DNA of 64,000 nt from an uncultured Verrucomicrobiota bacterium (GTDB taxonomy: Bacteria; Verrucomicrobiota; Kiritimatiellia; JAAZAB01), in the NCBI GenBank assembly GCA_964486075.1, contig CAZALU010000004.1, positions 4,016 through 68,015 of the forward strand, in the 5' to 3' direction. This document shows, one piece after another, positions 39,538-49,792 of the stretch. The translations under genes and the position numbers were made by a program. Position 1 is the first letter of the stretch, and each line of letters begins with the position of its first letter. The notes under the pieces were generated by a model, which ran no database searches, was not told where the DNA came from, and was given only the letters and a program-made list of their open reading frames with translations.

Positions 39538-40625
39538 TGAATCTGTTGGGCTAGGGCCGGGTCGGGAGACGATCCGCAACGGATGGCGCTGATATAATAT
39601 TCGCGAGCGACGCCGGGACTGGAGGGTTTGAGTTTAAGGCTGATGCGCGCCAAGTTATAATAGGCATCGCCTAGCTTGGGATCCAGTTGCAGGGCTTTTT
39701 GCGTTTCCACCCGGGCTTCATGTAGTTTTTCGAGTCCGGCCAGGACCACGCCCATGGTCAGGTGAGCCACCGCGTTCGCGGGCTGGGCGTCGAGCACGAT
39801 GATCAGGAGTTGATAGGCTTTGCTGAATTCCTGGTCGCGGCAGAACACCATGGCCATCAGCAGATTCAATTCTGGGTCGGGATCGGGCAGGCTCATGCCC
39901 CGCTCCAGCAGGCCGCGGGCATCGTCGGGCAAGCCCGCCCGCAAACAGCAGCGGCCCGCGCCCTTGATCGCTTCGAGGTTGCGCGGTTGTTCCTCCAGCA
40001 CCGTCAGGTAATTTTCCAGCGCGCCCTTCAGGTCGGAGGCGCGCTCAGTATACAAAGCCGCGCGCATACGTTCCGTCAGCCGGACAATATCCGCCGACCC
40101 GAACGACATGTTCGACTTTGCCGGGGCGGCTTGTTCATCATAGCTGCTTTCCGTATTGGGCTGGCGGGGGTCGCTCTCCGGCTCGGCCGGAAACGCAGTG
40201 ACGGAGCCCGGCGCGCGAAGCAAGGCCGGGGGCGGATCTGTAACCGCGGTGAGCGGGGTTGTCGGGCGCAGCCGGGCCAGTTCATCATCGCAATATTTAA
40301 CCCGGAAGGATACCACCGTGGCTTCCCAAGACGGATGCGCGTCGGCTAGTTGCAGAAAAATATTTTTTGCTTCTGAGTACAGCTCGCAGGCTTCTTCATG
40401 CATACCCTGTTTTTTTAACCAGTCGGCCTGGGTCAGGGACTCATGGGCCATCGCGTATTGACGGGAGGGTGAAAGTTCAGAAACGGATATATCCGCCGGT
40501 TCATTTTCGGCGGCCAGCTGGGCAGGAATATTGACGCCCTCCGGCTCATCCGCGGCCATGGCGGCGACGGCGATCGCCAGCCCGCAGAACACGCTCCCGA
40601 TCTTTTTTCCATGAATCACAGGCAT
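39534..40625 (-). CDS. secreted TPR-repeat protein
   Basis: Signal peptide MPVIHGKKIGSVFCGLAIAVAAMAA. Several TPR-like helices toward the C-terminus. Confidence 0.6.
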   Translation of the reverse strand: MPVIHGKKIGSVFCGLAIAVAAMAADEPEGVNIPAQLAAENEPADISVSELSPSRQYAMAHESLTQADWLKKQGMHEEACELYSEAKNIFLQLADAHPSWEATVVSFRVKYCDDELARLRPTTPLTAVTDPPPALLRAPGSVTAFPAEPESDPRQPNTESSYDEQAAPAKSNMSFGSADIVRLTERMRAALYTERASDLKGALENYLTVLEEQPRNLEAIKGAGRCCLRAGLPDDARGLLERGMSLPDPDPELNLLMAMVFCRDQEFSKAYQLLIIVLDAQPANAVAHLTMGVVLAGLEKLHEARVETQKALQLDPKLGDAYYNLARISLKLKPSSPGVAREYYISAIRCGSSPDPALAQQIH

Positions 40626-41396
40626 TTGTTTCCCAGTCTGTTGAGTCAGTTGCCAAAGTCCCCGAGCAGACGGCCACGAGGGACCGTGGCCCTCCAATAT
40701 CTGCGTGCTCTGTGATTTGACTTTGCGCCGATTTTTGATAATAATGCCAGGAATGACACTTTCAAGTCACGCCTGTCCCGCTTGATATTGAAAGCACGTA
40801 ACTGCTCCGCGAAACCACCGCCGGCGGCCGGCGGTGCAAACTTAAAAGAAACACGTTAGATATTAATCTGTTATGTCAAATTCAGCATCCCGTGTTACTG
40901 GGGAGGTTGTCATCCTGAGCGAAGCGAATGATCTCAGGATTGTTAGCGGGCAAGATGAGATTTATCATTACGCTCGAAATGACAAGGGCTTATTCGAGTA
41001 ATTTTAGGGCAATCTCTTCTGTAACTTCCGTTAGTTTCTTTGCTGTTTATTCGTCGGCTCGCCGACGGTGGATTTGCCGAATAGTTACTAAAGCACTATA
41101 TACCCATGAATGGGGATGTCAGTCAACTAAGATTTCCACCAGGCTGCGCCCGGAGGCCAAGTTGTGGCCTCGCGCTACCTGTCCTGCCGGAGTTCTCGGG
41201 CGAAGGGGGACGAGCGGAGATTGGTCTTTCCATGCGGCCGCAAAAGCCTGTGGGCATCCTGCTTTGTCACCACAGGCTCCCATCTTCGTTGAAGCTTCGC
41301 CGGCCAAGTCGAGGGACAGGCAGCACGCTGTTGCAACATATACCCCACACCGCGCAGATTTGCAGACAAAGCGGCCACCCCTCTGATGAGCAAGGG

Positions 41397-42299
41397 ATGG
41401 TCCTGATCCTGACGCTGTGCCTGCTTGGGTTGATCACGGCTCTGGCGATCCAGGCTCAAACGTCCGCGCGCCTGGCGCTCAGGAGCGCTGAGCATAAGGC
41501 CGCACATTCCCAGTTGTTGGCGGCGGCCACGGATGCCGCTTGGGGCGCCTTGACCCTGCTGGCCGGGGATGACGACCTGCAGGTGGATCACACCAATGAG
41601 CCCTGGGCCAGACCCTTGGATCGGTTCCTGCCGAACGGTCTTGAAACATCAGTCTTGATCGTGGATGAAAACAGGAGCTTCGACGTCAACAGCCTTTCCG
41701 CCCGCCTGCCGGATACGACGCAACGCCTGCCGGTGGATATAGTCGGCGACCTGCTCGCATTTGAGAATCAGCCGGACCCCGCGATGCGGGCCCGGGCGCT
41801 GAGGGACTGGATTGACCAGGACCATGAAGGCCCCAGGGAGGCGGACTATTACCGGAGCCTGGATCCGCCGCGGACGATCGCCGATGCGCTTATGGAAAGT
41901 CCGCAAGAACTATTCGTGGTGCTGGCCCTGACGGAACCCGGGGGTAGGGCGCCGCCGGGCCTGGTCGTCCTGCCGGACCGGGCCGCGCGGGTCATGCCGG
42001 TCAACTTGAACACGGCCGGGCGCGATGTTATCATGGCGATTCTCGGGCCGCAATCCCGCGGGATGGCAGAGACGCTCTGCCGGCTGCGGGATGCCGGCCC
42101 GCTGACGTCGCCGGCGCTGGTGAGTCGGCTGTTGAAAACGGGTGCGGAGAATCCGTGGGAAAAATATTTTGCGGTGCACAGCAGCTTTTTTTCCGTGAGC
42201 GCTAGCGCGACGAAGGACAACCGGGCGGCAGAGGTTTATGCGTTGGTCTTCCGCGATGCGCGGGGCGATATCGAGATATTGCGTTGGCTGTGCCGATAA
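41397..42299 (+). CDS. gspK: type II secretion system minor pseudopilin GspK
   Basis: MVLILTLCLLGLITALAIQAQTSARLALRSAEH pseudopilin-like N-terminus. DHTNEPWARPL and PVNLNTAGRDVI (GspK NLNTA motif). Confidence 0.8.
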   Translation: MVLILTLCLLGLITALAIQAQTSARLALRSAEHKAAHSQLLAAATDAAWGALTLLAGDDDLQVDHTNEPWARPLDRFLPNGLETSVLIVDENRSFDVNSLSARLPDTTQRLPVDIVGDLLAFENQPDPAMRARALRDWIDQDHEGPREADYYRSLDPPRTIADALMESPQELFVVLALTEPGGRAPPGLVVLPDRAARVMPVNLNTAGRDVIMAILGPQSRGMAETLCRLRDAGPLTSPALVSRLLKTGAENPWEKYFAVHSSFFSVSASATKDNRAAEVYALVFRDARGDIEILRWLCR

Positions 42300-42368
42300 A
42301 ATTAGCAGACCGGAATTTGTATTGGTCGAACCCGCCTTTGTTGGTATTCTATCCGGCAGAAATCATTT

Positions 42369-43886
42369 ATGAGTATCGATCACCACACCAATCAGCAAAC
42401 GTTTGGCGCTCGCTGGTCCGATGCGCGTGGCGAGCCGGGCGAATTCTCGGCCCGCGCTTGCTACGGCGCGACCGGGTCGGGCCCAAGCCCGCTGGTCGTC
42501 CGCACGCGTCGCGGGGCCGGCGGGCGCATTCGCCATGTCGTGCTGACTGCCGCTGATGCTGCGGCCTGGCGGCAATGGTTACTCGATAGCGTCCAGTCGG
42601 ATGCGGCGGTCATCGGTTGCATGGCGGTGCAGGAAAGCCTGACGCTGTGGCTGCAAACGCCGTTTGCCTCTATTTCCAAGGCTAAAAAAGTGCTGCCGGC
42701 CCTGCTGGATGTCCAACTGCCGTTTCCGCTGGAAAGTTGTCGTTATCATTTTGTGGATATTCGGCGGATGCCGGACGGCACTACCCATGCCTTGGCGGTT
42801 GCGGCACGAGTTGAAAATATCCGGGCGCGACTGGATATCTGTCGGGCCCAGCGCTGGGATCCGATCCTGCTGGACCATGAAGGCCTGGCGCTTTGGACCC
42901 AAAGCCGGGAGGAACATCCCCTGCCGTCGGATGTGCGCCGGATCATTTTGCACGCGGACCTTGATCATGTGACGCTTATCGTCGGGCAGGGCGATCGTTA
43001 TGGGAATGCCCACAGCGTCCAGACGGGCCTGCCGGCGGCGGGCTCCGAATCCCAGGCACCCACGGCCGGACTCGTCGGCCGGCTCCAGCGGATCCTGCGT
43101 GCTGAAATTCAGGATACGGCGGCAATTCATTGGATGGCGTGTGGTGCCGGCGCGTGCAACGAGCCTTTGATCAAGAGCCTGCATCAAGCCTTGGCCGGCG
43201 AATGGCCGGGTGTGCTGACTATCCACCGGGAACCGGAAGCGTTTCTGGCCCGGGCTTTGGGTACCCGGGCGCTGACCCGGGGACCGTTGCGCTGCAACCT
43301 GCGATCGCATGCGCAGGCGCATCCCGCCTTGCTCCGGCGGATCCGGGCGCGCAAGCTGACGACAGCAGGGCTGTTCTTGGCCGTGGGCCTGTTCTTGTGC
43401 GGGTTAAACATGGCTTGGCGCCTGCTAACGGCGCAACGGGAGGCCGACCTCAAGCAGGCCGTTTCAAACCTTGCCGCAGAACTGGCACCCGGGGTAACGA
43501 TCCAATATGGACAGGAAATTCGCGAAGCTAAAAAAATCGCAGCCCAACGCCTGGAACGGGAGACACCCTTTCTGGATACCTTTGAGCCGTCGCTGGCCGG
43601 CACGCTGGCGGAATTGATCCGGGCCGGGACGGCGCCGAATATGACCTATGAAACACTGACTCTTCAACGCCAAGGCTTCACGCTGAACGGCGCCAGCGAC
43701 GATTGGGATCAGTGCGAACGACTGACGGTTCGTTTGCGGGAACTGGGTTATGCCGCGCAACTGGAGCGCCATGAAGCCGTTGGTGAGGGCCAAGTGTGTT
43801 TTTCCATCAAAGGAGAAAAACGGAATACAGCAGAGACCCGTCCCCGACTCCCTCAAGGCGGGGCGGCTGATTTTATTTTCAATTAG
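42369..43886 (+). CDS. gspL: GspL-like T2SS assembly protein (cytoplasmic actin-like domain, TM, periplasmic domain)
   Basis: Single TM at residue ~335 (LTTAGLFLAVGLFLCGLNMAWRLL) separates a ~330-aa cytoplasmic domain from a ~150-aa periplasmic domain, the GspL/PilM-N topology. Sits between gspK and a gspM-like gene. Confidence 0.55.
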   Translation: MSIDHHTNQQTFGARWSDARGEPGEFSARACYGATGSGPSPLVVRTRRGAGGRIRHVVLTAADAAAWRQWLLDSVQSDAAVIGCMAVQESLTLWLQTPFASISKAKKVLPALLDVQLPFPLESCRYHFVDIRRMPDGTTHALAVAARVENIRARLDICRAQRWDPILLDHEGLALWTQSREEHPLPSDVRRIILHADLDHVTLIVGQGDRYGNAHSVQTGLPAAGSESQAPTAGLVGRLQRILRAEIQDTAAIHWMACGAGACNEPLIKSLHQALAGEWPGVLTIHREPEAFLARALGTRALTRGPLRCNLRSHAQAHPALLRRIRARKLTTAGLFLAVGLFLCGLNMAWRLLTAQREADLKQAVSNLAAELAPGVTIQYGQEIREAKKIAAQRLERETPFLDTFEPSLAGTLAELIRAGTAPNMTYETLTLQRQGFTLNGASDDWDQCERLTVRLRELGYAAQLERHEAVGEGQVCFSIKGEKRNTAETRPRLPQGGAADFIFN

Positions 43887-43982
43887 GATAATATTTATTG
43901 AGCGTCATTTAGCGTTTTTCGCGGGCAAATTATTTGGGTTGCGGGCACAGCCAGCCTTAGGGAATGGAGCGCAAAAGATTTT

Positions 43983-44480
43983 ATGAAAACGAACATGCTG
44001 CATTATCTTGCCGCTGCCGCTGCCTTGGCCCTGGCGGTGGGAATAGGATGGACCGTGTTCTCGATACGGCAGGCCGCGGAGCTGACGCGGCGCCTCAAGA
44101 GCCGGGTGGCGACGTTGGTCGAACTGCAGGCCATGCAGCGCGGTCAGGATCGATATGCCGCGGCGGTCCGGGCCTTTGAGACCTTATCCAACGCGGCGCC
44201 AGCGTCCTTGGCAGGCCTGGCCGCGGCGGCGGTGACCAATACCGTTCCCGATATAAGGGATCTTGAAACCAGGATCCTGGAACGGGGGTGGACCCTGACG
44301 CGTGCGGAAGTGATTTTCAACGACATCAATCTGGATCAGCTCCCGGCGTTTTTGTGTGCCGTTGAATCCAGACGTCCGCCCTGGCGCCTGACGGAATGTG
44401 CAATCACGGCTTCCACCCGGGCCGACGGCTGCGGGCGAGTGGTCCTGGTCCTGGATGCGGTCGGTAGATCGACGCAATGA
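43983..44480 (+). CDS. gspM: GspM-like T2SS protein
   Basis: N-terminal TM MLHYLAAAAALALAVGIGWTVFSI followed by a ~140-aa periplasmic domain. Size and position are typical of GspM. Confidence 0.5.
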   Translation: MKTNMLHYLAAAAALALAVGIGWTVFSIRQAAELTRRLKSRVATLVELQAMQRGQDRYAAAVRAFETLSNAAPASLAGLAAAAVTNTVPDIRDLETRILERGWTLTRAEVIFNDINLDQLPAFLCAVESRRPPWRLTECAITASTRADGCGRVVLVLDAVGRSTQ

Positions 44481-44842
44481 AACGCGTTACCAGGTCGGAT
44501 TATGGTAAAGCTCCGTAAATAAATGGCATATATAAGTAGAACCTGGATTTTGTGCCGAGCCGGCGCAAAATTCAGGTAATAGATTGTTTATTTACACAAA
44601 CTCTTGCGAGTTGGCTTCTTCGAGAGGGTGACGGTCAAAGGTTCCCCGTTTTAGTTTGGCGTTAGAACCGGTTTTTTGTATACTTAAACTAATTGCAAAA
44701 GTCCCATAGACGCTATCCCGATTATTAAAAGATCGGGACGTTCCTGTCAGCGCTGACAACAGGTGTCCTTTTTAGGGGATTTTTACAACTGACTCACTTC
44801 TTTAACGGTCGTCATTGGCGGGCCGGATGAGGTAACCGATTT

Positions 44843-46222
44843 ATGGCCCATGCTTTAATATCTCGGCGTGTAATGGCGATCGTCGGCCGGCCCAACGTAG
44901 GCAAGTCGTCGGTTTTTAACTACCTGGCCGGTCGGCGCATTGCCATCGTTCACGAAGAACGCGGAGTCACTCGCGACCGGCTGGTCGAGGAAGTCGAGTG
45001 GGAAGAGAACCGCTTCGAGCTGATCGATACCGGCGGGCTTGGCCGCTTGGAGCCGGCGCCGGGCGCAATGCCGGCCGCGCTTGCGGAAATCGAACAGGGC
45101 GTCCGTTACCAGGCGGAGGCGGCGATCCGGGACGCGGCGTCCATTATTTTCGTCACCGACGTGCAAATCGGCATTCTGCCGCAGGACGAAGAGGTCGCCG
45201 CGCTACTCCGTCGCAGCGGGCGCCCCGTGTTCCTTGCCGCCAACAAGGCGGACGCTCCGGCGCGCGATGCGGCTGTCGCGGATTTTGCCCGGCTCGGGTT
45301 CCCGGCCTTCCCGGTTTCGGTCCTGCATCGTCGTGGATTCGAACCCTTAATGCGGGCGGCGATCGGTGCGCTGCCGCCGGGCGAGAACCCGACCGCGGCG
45401 AACCCGCTGAGGGTTGTCTTTGTCGGCCGGCCCAATGTCGGCAAGTCCTCCGTGGTCAACCGGCTCCTGCGCAGTGAGCGCGTGATCGTGTCCGCCCAGC
45501 CCGGCACCACGCGGGACAGCATCAGCGTTCCGTTCGTCGTCGGCCGCGACGCCCTGGCGCGGCATTATATTTTGACTGACACGGCCGGTTTGCGTCGTGC
45601 CGGCAAAATTCCGGGTAGGGTAGATCGGCTCGGTGTGGCGCGGACCGAACAGAGCATCGGCCGGGCGGATGTCACAGGGCTGGTGCTGGATGCGGCGCAG
45701 GGTCCGACAGCGCAGGACAAGATCATCGCCGCCCGCATCCTGGAATCCCGGAGAGGCTGCGTACTGGTCGTCAACAAGTGGGACTTGGCGGGGAACGTGT
45801 CGGAAGCGTGTTATCGGACCGCCTTGCGACAGGCCATGCCGTTCTGCGATTTCATGCCCGTGGTGTTTGTCTCGGCCAAAACCGGATGCAACATACGACG
45901 CCTGGTGGACACAATCGATAGCGTCGCCCTGCATCTTCAGACGCCCTTGCCCACCGGTGTTTTAAACCGCGTGATCATGGATGCCTGCGCAAAGATACAA
46001 CCGCCGCTGGTCCAGGGAAAACGATTAAAAATTTTTTATGCGACGCAGGCGGCCACGCGTCCGCCGGCTGTGCTGTTGTTCGTCAATGATCCCCACCGTA
46101 TGCTGCCGGCGTTCCAGACATATTTACTCCGGCGCTTGCGTTCGGCTTTTGGGCTGGAAGGCGTGCCGCTGTCCCTGCAGCTGCGGGCGCGCCGTCCGCC
46201 GGCGGACAGTCTTGAAAAATAA
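44843..46222 (+). CDS. der: ribosome-associated GTPase Der/EngA (two tandem GTPase domains + KH-like)
   Basis: G1 motifs GRPNVGKSS occur twice (AIVGRPNVGKSSVFN and FVGRPNVGKSSVVN). DTGG and DTAG G3 motifs. Confidence 0.9.
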   Translation: MAHALISRRVMAIVGRPNVGKSSVFNYLAGRRIAIVHEERGVTRDRLVEEVEWEENRFELIDTGGLGRLEPAPGAMPAALAEIEQGVRYQAEAAIRDAASIIFVTDVQIGILPQDEEVAALLRRSGRPVFLAANKADAPARDAAVADFARLGFPAFPVSVLHRRGFEPLMRAAIGALPPGENPTAANPLRVVFVGRPNVGKSSVVNRLLRSERVIVSAQPGTTRDSISVPFVVGRDALARHYILTDTAGLRRAGKIPGRVDRLGVARTEQSIGRADVTGLVLDAAQGPTAQDKIIAARILESRRGCVLVVNKWDLAGNVSEACYRTALRQAMPFCDFMPVVFVSAKTGCNIRRLVDTIDSVALHLQTPLPTGVLNRVIMDACAKIQPPLVQGKRLKIFYATQAATRPPAVLLFVNDPHRMLPAFQTYLLRRLRSAFGLEGVPLSLQLRARRPPADSLEK

Positions 46223-46285
46223 ATCCTTTTTTTTCTTGGCACCCACAACAGGTAGTGGTAAGAGAAGGGTGTATTAAAGAGTAGG

Positions 46286-46302
46286 TAGCATATATAGTGT
46301 TT
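46286..46302 (+). promoter_or_regulatory. possible NrdR-box-like AT-rich imperfect palindrome upstream of nrdJ
   Basis: gtagCATATATAGTGtt about 60 nt upstream of the nrdJ ATG. Resembles the NrdR operator half-sites. No nrdR gene is visible in the window. Confidence 0.25.
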
Positions 46303-46360
46303 TAAAACTGACCTGTAGAAGTGTAATTAACTGCCCGGATGCTGTTTAGGAGAAGGTGCC

Positions 46361-49276
46361 ATGCTGGATGCGCGCGAATCTGTTGATTTAACATTAAAAC
46401 TTGATGATCTGATTGTAGAAGACAGGTCGGCCAAATCTAATTCACGAACGAGGAACCCCAGAAAAGATGCCATGAATCCGTCACGCTCCAAAACGCCTAA
46501 AGGTTTAAAAATCGCTCCGCTTTTCACGCGCCCAGGCGTGCATCCTTTCGACGAGATCGAATGGGAGCACCGCAAGGCGGTCATCAAAAACGACAAGGGT
46601 GAGACCGTGTTCGAGGAAGATGACGTGGAGGTGCCGAAAAACTGGTCCATGCTGGCGGCCAACGTGGTGTCGTCAAAGTATTTTTACGGTCCCCGCGACG
46701 CGGATGTTCGCGAGAAATCGGTACGCCAGGTGGTGCACCGCGTGGCGCGCACCATCACCGATTGGGGCGTGAAAGACGGCTACTTCGAGACTACGGAAGA
46801 CGCCGAGACATTTTACAACGAGCTGGCGCATATCTGCGTCAACCAGTATGGTGCGTTCAACAGTCCGGTCTGGTTCAACGTCGGCCTGCACCAGGTCTAC
46901 GGGGTAAGCTCCAACAACACGGCCAGTTATTACTGGAACCCTGAAGCCGAGCGGATCGAACGCGCGGCCGATTCCTACCAGCATCCTCAGTCGTCCGCTT
47001 GTTTTATTCAAGCCGTGGCGGACACGATGGAGGACATCATGCGCTTGGCCAGTTCGGAGGCGATGTTATTCAAGTACGGGTCGGGGACGGGTACGGATCT
47101 GAGCACGATCCGGAGCAGCCACGAGAAGCTATCGGGCGGCGGGACACCCTCCGGGCCGTTGAGCTTCATGCGCGTTTTCGACCAGGTGGCCGCCGTGATC
47201 AAGTCCGGTGGCAAAACGCGGCGGGCCGCCAAGATGCAAAGCCTGCGGGTGGATCACCCGGATATCATGGAATTTATTGCCTGCAAGGTCAACGAAGAGA
47301 AAAAGGCGCACGCCCTGATCAAGGCCGGCTATGACGGATCCTTCAACGGCGAGGCCTATTCCTCGGTCATGTTCCAGAACGCCAATCTCTCGATCAGGGT
47401 TGTGGACGATTTCATGAACGCCGCGCTGGCCGGCACGGCATGGCAGACGCGCGCGGTGACGACCGGTGAAATTGCCGAAACGCTGGATGCCCGCAAGGTG
47501 CTGCAGGCTATCGCGCAAGCCGCCCATACCTGCGGCGATCCCGGGGTGCAATATGATACCACTATCAACCGCTGGCATACCTGTCCCAACAGCGGGCGGA
47601 TCAACGCCAGCAATCCCTGCTCGGAATACATGTTTGTTGACAACAGCGCCTGCAATCTGGCCTCAATCAACCTGATGAAGTTTTCGGATGAACAGCATGC
47701 GTTTGACGTCAAACGGTTCCAGCAAACGGTGCGGATTCTGATCATAGCCCAGGACATTCTGGTGGATAATGGCAGCTACCCTACCGCAGAGATTGCTAGG
47801 AACTCCCATCAGTTCCGTCCGCTCGGGCTGGGTTACGCCAACTTGGGTGCATTGATCATGAGTCTTGGCAAACCATACGACAGCGATGCGGGGCGCGCCT
47901 TCGCCGGTGTCGTGACATCCCTACTGACGGGGTACGCCTATGCCGTTTCTGCGGAACTCGCCGCGAGCAAGGGTGTTTTCGAGGAGTATGCCAAGAACAG
48001 CGAGCCGATGCTGGCCGTTATCGATATGCACCGCGCCGCCGTGGACCGGATCCCGACCGATGCCGGGCTCGCCGCCATGATCCGCGAAAGCCGGCAGACT
48101 TGGGATCGGGTTATCGAACTCGGCAAGCGTCAGGGATTCCGGAACGCGCAGGTCAGCGTGCTGGCGCCGACCGGCACCATCGGCTTTATGATGGATTGCG
48201 ACACGACCGGCGTCGAGCCGGATATCGCGCTGGTGAAATACAAACAGCTGGCCGGTGGCGGCATGTTCAAAATCGTGAACCAGTCGCTGGAGACTACCCT
48301 GCGGCGCTTGGGCTATACGCCGGACCAGTCGCGAGTGATCATCCAGCATGTCAATGAAAAGGACACGATCGAGGAGGCGCCGGGCCTGCATTCCGATCAT
48401 CTCAATATCTTTGACTGCGCGTTCAAGCCCCGGCAGGGAAGCCGGTTTATCGACTATCACGCCCACTTGAAGATGATGGCGGCGGTGCAGCCGTTTCTCT
48501 CGGGCGCGATCAGCAAGACGATCAATATGTCATCGACCGCTACGCTCCAGGATATCGTCCAGGTCTTCCAGGAAGGCTGGCAGTTGGGACTCAAGGCCGT
48601 GGCGGTCTACCGCGACGGATCCAAGGGGATTCAGCCGGTATCCGTTAATAAAGCGGAGGCAGCTGAGGCCGAACCTGATGTTACAGTTGTCAACAAGCCG
48701 TTCCGACGACGCATGCCTGCCACGCGGCAGTCGATCACCCATAAATTCGAAGTCGCCGGGCACCAGGGCTATCTGACTGTTGGCCTTTATGACGACGGTG
48801 CGCCGGGGGAGCTCTTCATTACGATGGCCAAGGAAGGCAGCACTGTGGGCGGTATCATGGATGCGTTTGGCACGGCGATTTCCATGTGCCTGCAATACGG
48901 TGTGCCCGCCGGCACGCTGACCGAAAAATTCAGCCATAGCCGCTTCGAGCCCAGCGGTTTCACTAAGAATTCCGAAATCCCATACGCCACATCGCTAGTC
49001 GATTATATCTTCCGCTGGTTGGCGTTTACGTTCCCGGATGGCAAACGCCCGGCCCTTCAATCGCGGCGGCCCGTGGCTCTGGCGGCTGAAACCGAATCCG
49101 CAGTTGCGTCCGCCCCGGCGAGCCCGGCGGTCGCAACCGCCGATGAACGGATTGATGAGCAGTTCAAACACTTCCAGGAAGATGCCCCCGCCTGCGATCA
49201 ATGCGGCGCCATTACCGTGCGCAACGGGTCCTGTTATCGTTGTTTTGTTTGCGGCAGTTCCATGGGATGTTCATAG
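46361..49276 (+). CDS. nrdJ: class II (adenosylcobalamin-dependent) ribonucleotide reductase
   Basis: AGGAG RBS. RNR class II fingerprint (NPCSEYMF, GELFITMAKEGSTVGG, C-terminal Zn-ribbon CDQCG...CYRCFVCG). Confidence 0.9.
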   Translation: MLDARESVDLTLKLDDLIVEDRSAKSNSRTRNPRKDAMNPSRSKTPKGLKIAPLFTRPGVHPFDEIEWEHRKAVIKNDKGETVFEEDDVEVPKNWSMLAANVVSSKYFYGPRDADVREKSVRQVVHRVARTITDWGVKDGYFETTEDAETFYNELAHICVNQYGAFNSPVWFNVGLHQVYGVSSNNTASYYWNPEAERIERAADSYQHPQSSACFIQAVADTMEDIMRLASSEAMLFKYGSGTGTDLSTIRSSHEKLSGGGTPSGPLSFMRVFDQVAAVIKSGGKTRRAAKMQSLRVDHPDIMEFIACKVNEEKKAHALIKAGYDGSFNGEAYSSVMFQNANLSIRVVDDFMNAALAGTAWQTRAVTTGEIAETLDARKVLQAIAQAAHTCGDPGVQYDTTINRWHTCPNSGRINASNPCSEYMFVDNSACNLASINLMKFSDEQHAFDVKRFQQTVRILIIAQDILVDNGSYPTAEIARNSHQFRPLGLGYANLGALIMSLGKPYDSDAGRAFAGVVTSLLTGYAYAVSAELAASKGVFEEYAKNSEPMLAVIDMHRAAVDRIPTDAGLAAMIRESRQTWDRVIELGKRQGFRNAQVSVLAPTGTIGFMMDCDTTGVEPDIALVKYKQLAGGGMFKIVNQSLETTLRRLGYTPDQSRVIIQHVNEKDTIEEAPGLHSDHLNIFDCAFKPRQGSRFIDYHAHLKMMAAVQPFLSGAISKTINMSSTATLQDIVQVFQEGWQLGLKAVAVYRDGSKGIQPVSVNKAEAAEAEPDVTVVNKPFRRRMPATRQSITHKFEVAGHQGYLTVGLYDDGAPGELFITMAKEGSTVGGIMDAFGTAISMCLQYGVPAGTLTEKFSHSRFEPSGFTKNSEIPYATSLVDYIFRWLAFTFPDGKRPALQSRRPVALAAETESAVASAPASPAVATADERIDEQFKHFQEDAPACDQCGAITVRNGSCYRCFVCGSSMGCS

Positions 49277-49279
49277 AGC

Positions 49280-49792
49280 ATGGCAATGAAATCCATGGAA
49301 TTGGAAAAATGTAGAGGCTGGAAAAAGGCCGCGATTATGTTGGCAACCGGGTTTGGGCTCGGGCTTGCGCCCGTGGCGTCCGGAACGGCGGGGACATTGC
49401 CGGGCATTTTGCTCCTCTTATTTCTGGCGCCGCTCTGGAACGGCCCCGTAATCTGGCAGGCGATCGCGGCTGTAGTCCTGGCCTTGCTTGCGATTCCGGT
49501 CTGCGAAATCGCCGAGCGTCATTTCGGCAAGACGGACGACGGCCGGATTGTGGCCGATGAATACCTGACCTTCCCCGTCTGCATGATCGGACTGCCCCTG
49601 GTTCCTTGGGTGTTGGCCGTGGCCTTTCTCACCTGCCGCGTGTTCGACGTGCTCAAGCCGTTCCCTGCTCGCCAACTTCAAGACCTGCCTGGCGGGCTTG
49701 GTATCGTGGTCGATGATTTCGTATCTAACCTCTACAGTCTGGCCCTGAATCATCTTATCTTTCAAATCCTCCTCCGCCTGGGGCCTTTGTAA
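49280..49792 (+). CDS. pgpA: phosphatidylglycerophosphatase A
   Basis: PgpA family membrane protein (GFGLGLAPVASGTAGTLPG, DDGRIVADE). Confidence 0.8.
   Translation: MAMKSMELEKCRGWKKAAIMLATGFGLGLAPVASGTAGTLPGILLLLFLAPLWNGPVIWQAIAAVVLALLAIPVCEIAERHFGKTDDGRIVADEYLTFPVCMIGLPLVPWVLAVAFLTCRVFDVLKPFPARQLQDLPGGLGIVVDDFVSNLYSLALNHLIFQILLRLGPL

Noticed and set aside
41106-41396. 97-codon upstream extension of gspK
   Set aside because: The extension translates to low-complexity Arg/Pro-rich sequence. The pseudopilin-like hydrophobic N-terminus begins at the internal Met at 41397.
42579-43322. 247-aa minus-strand ORF
   Set aside because: Antisense within gspL-like gene, with no motifs.
46225-46360. 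Cobalamin riboswitch upstream of nrdJ
   Set aside because: The leader is only ~135 nt, AT-rich, and lacks the B12-box. Class II RNR genes are not usually B12-riboswitch controlled.
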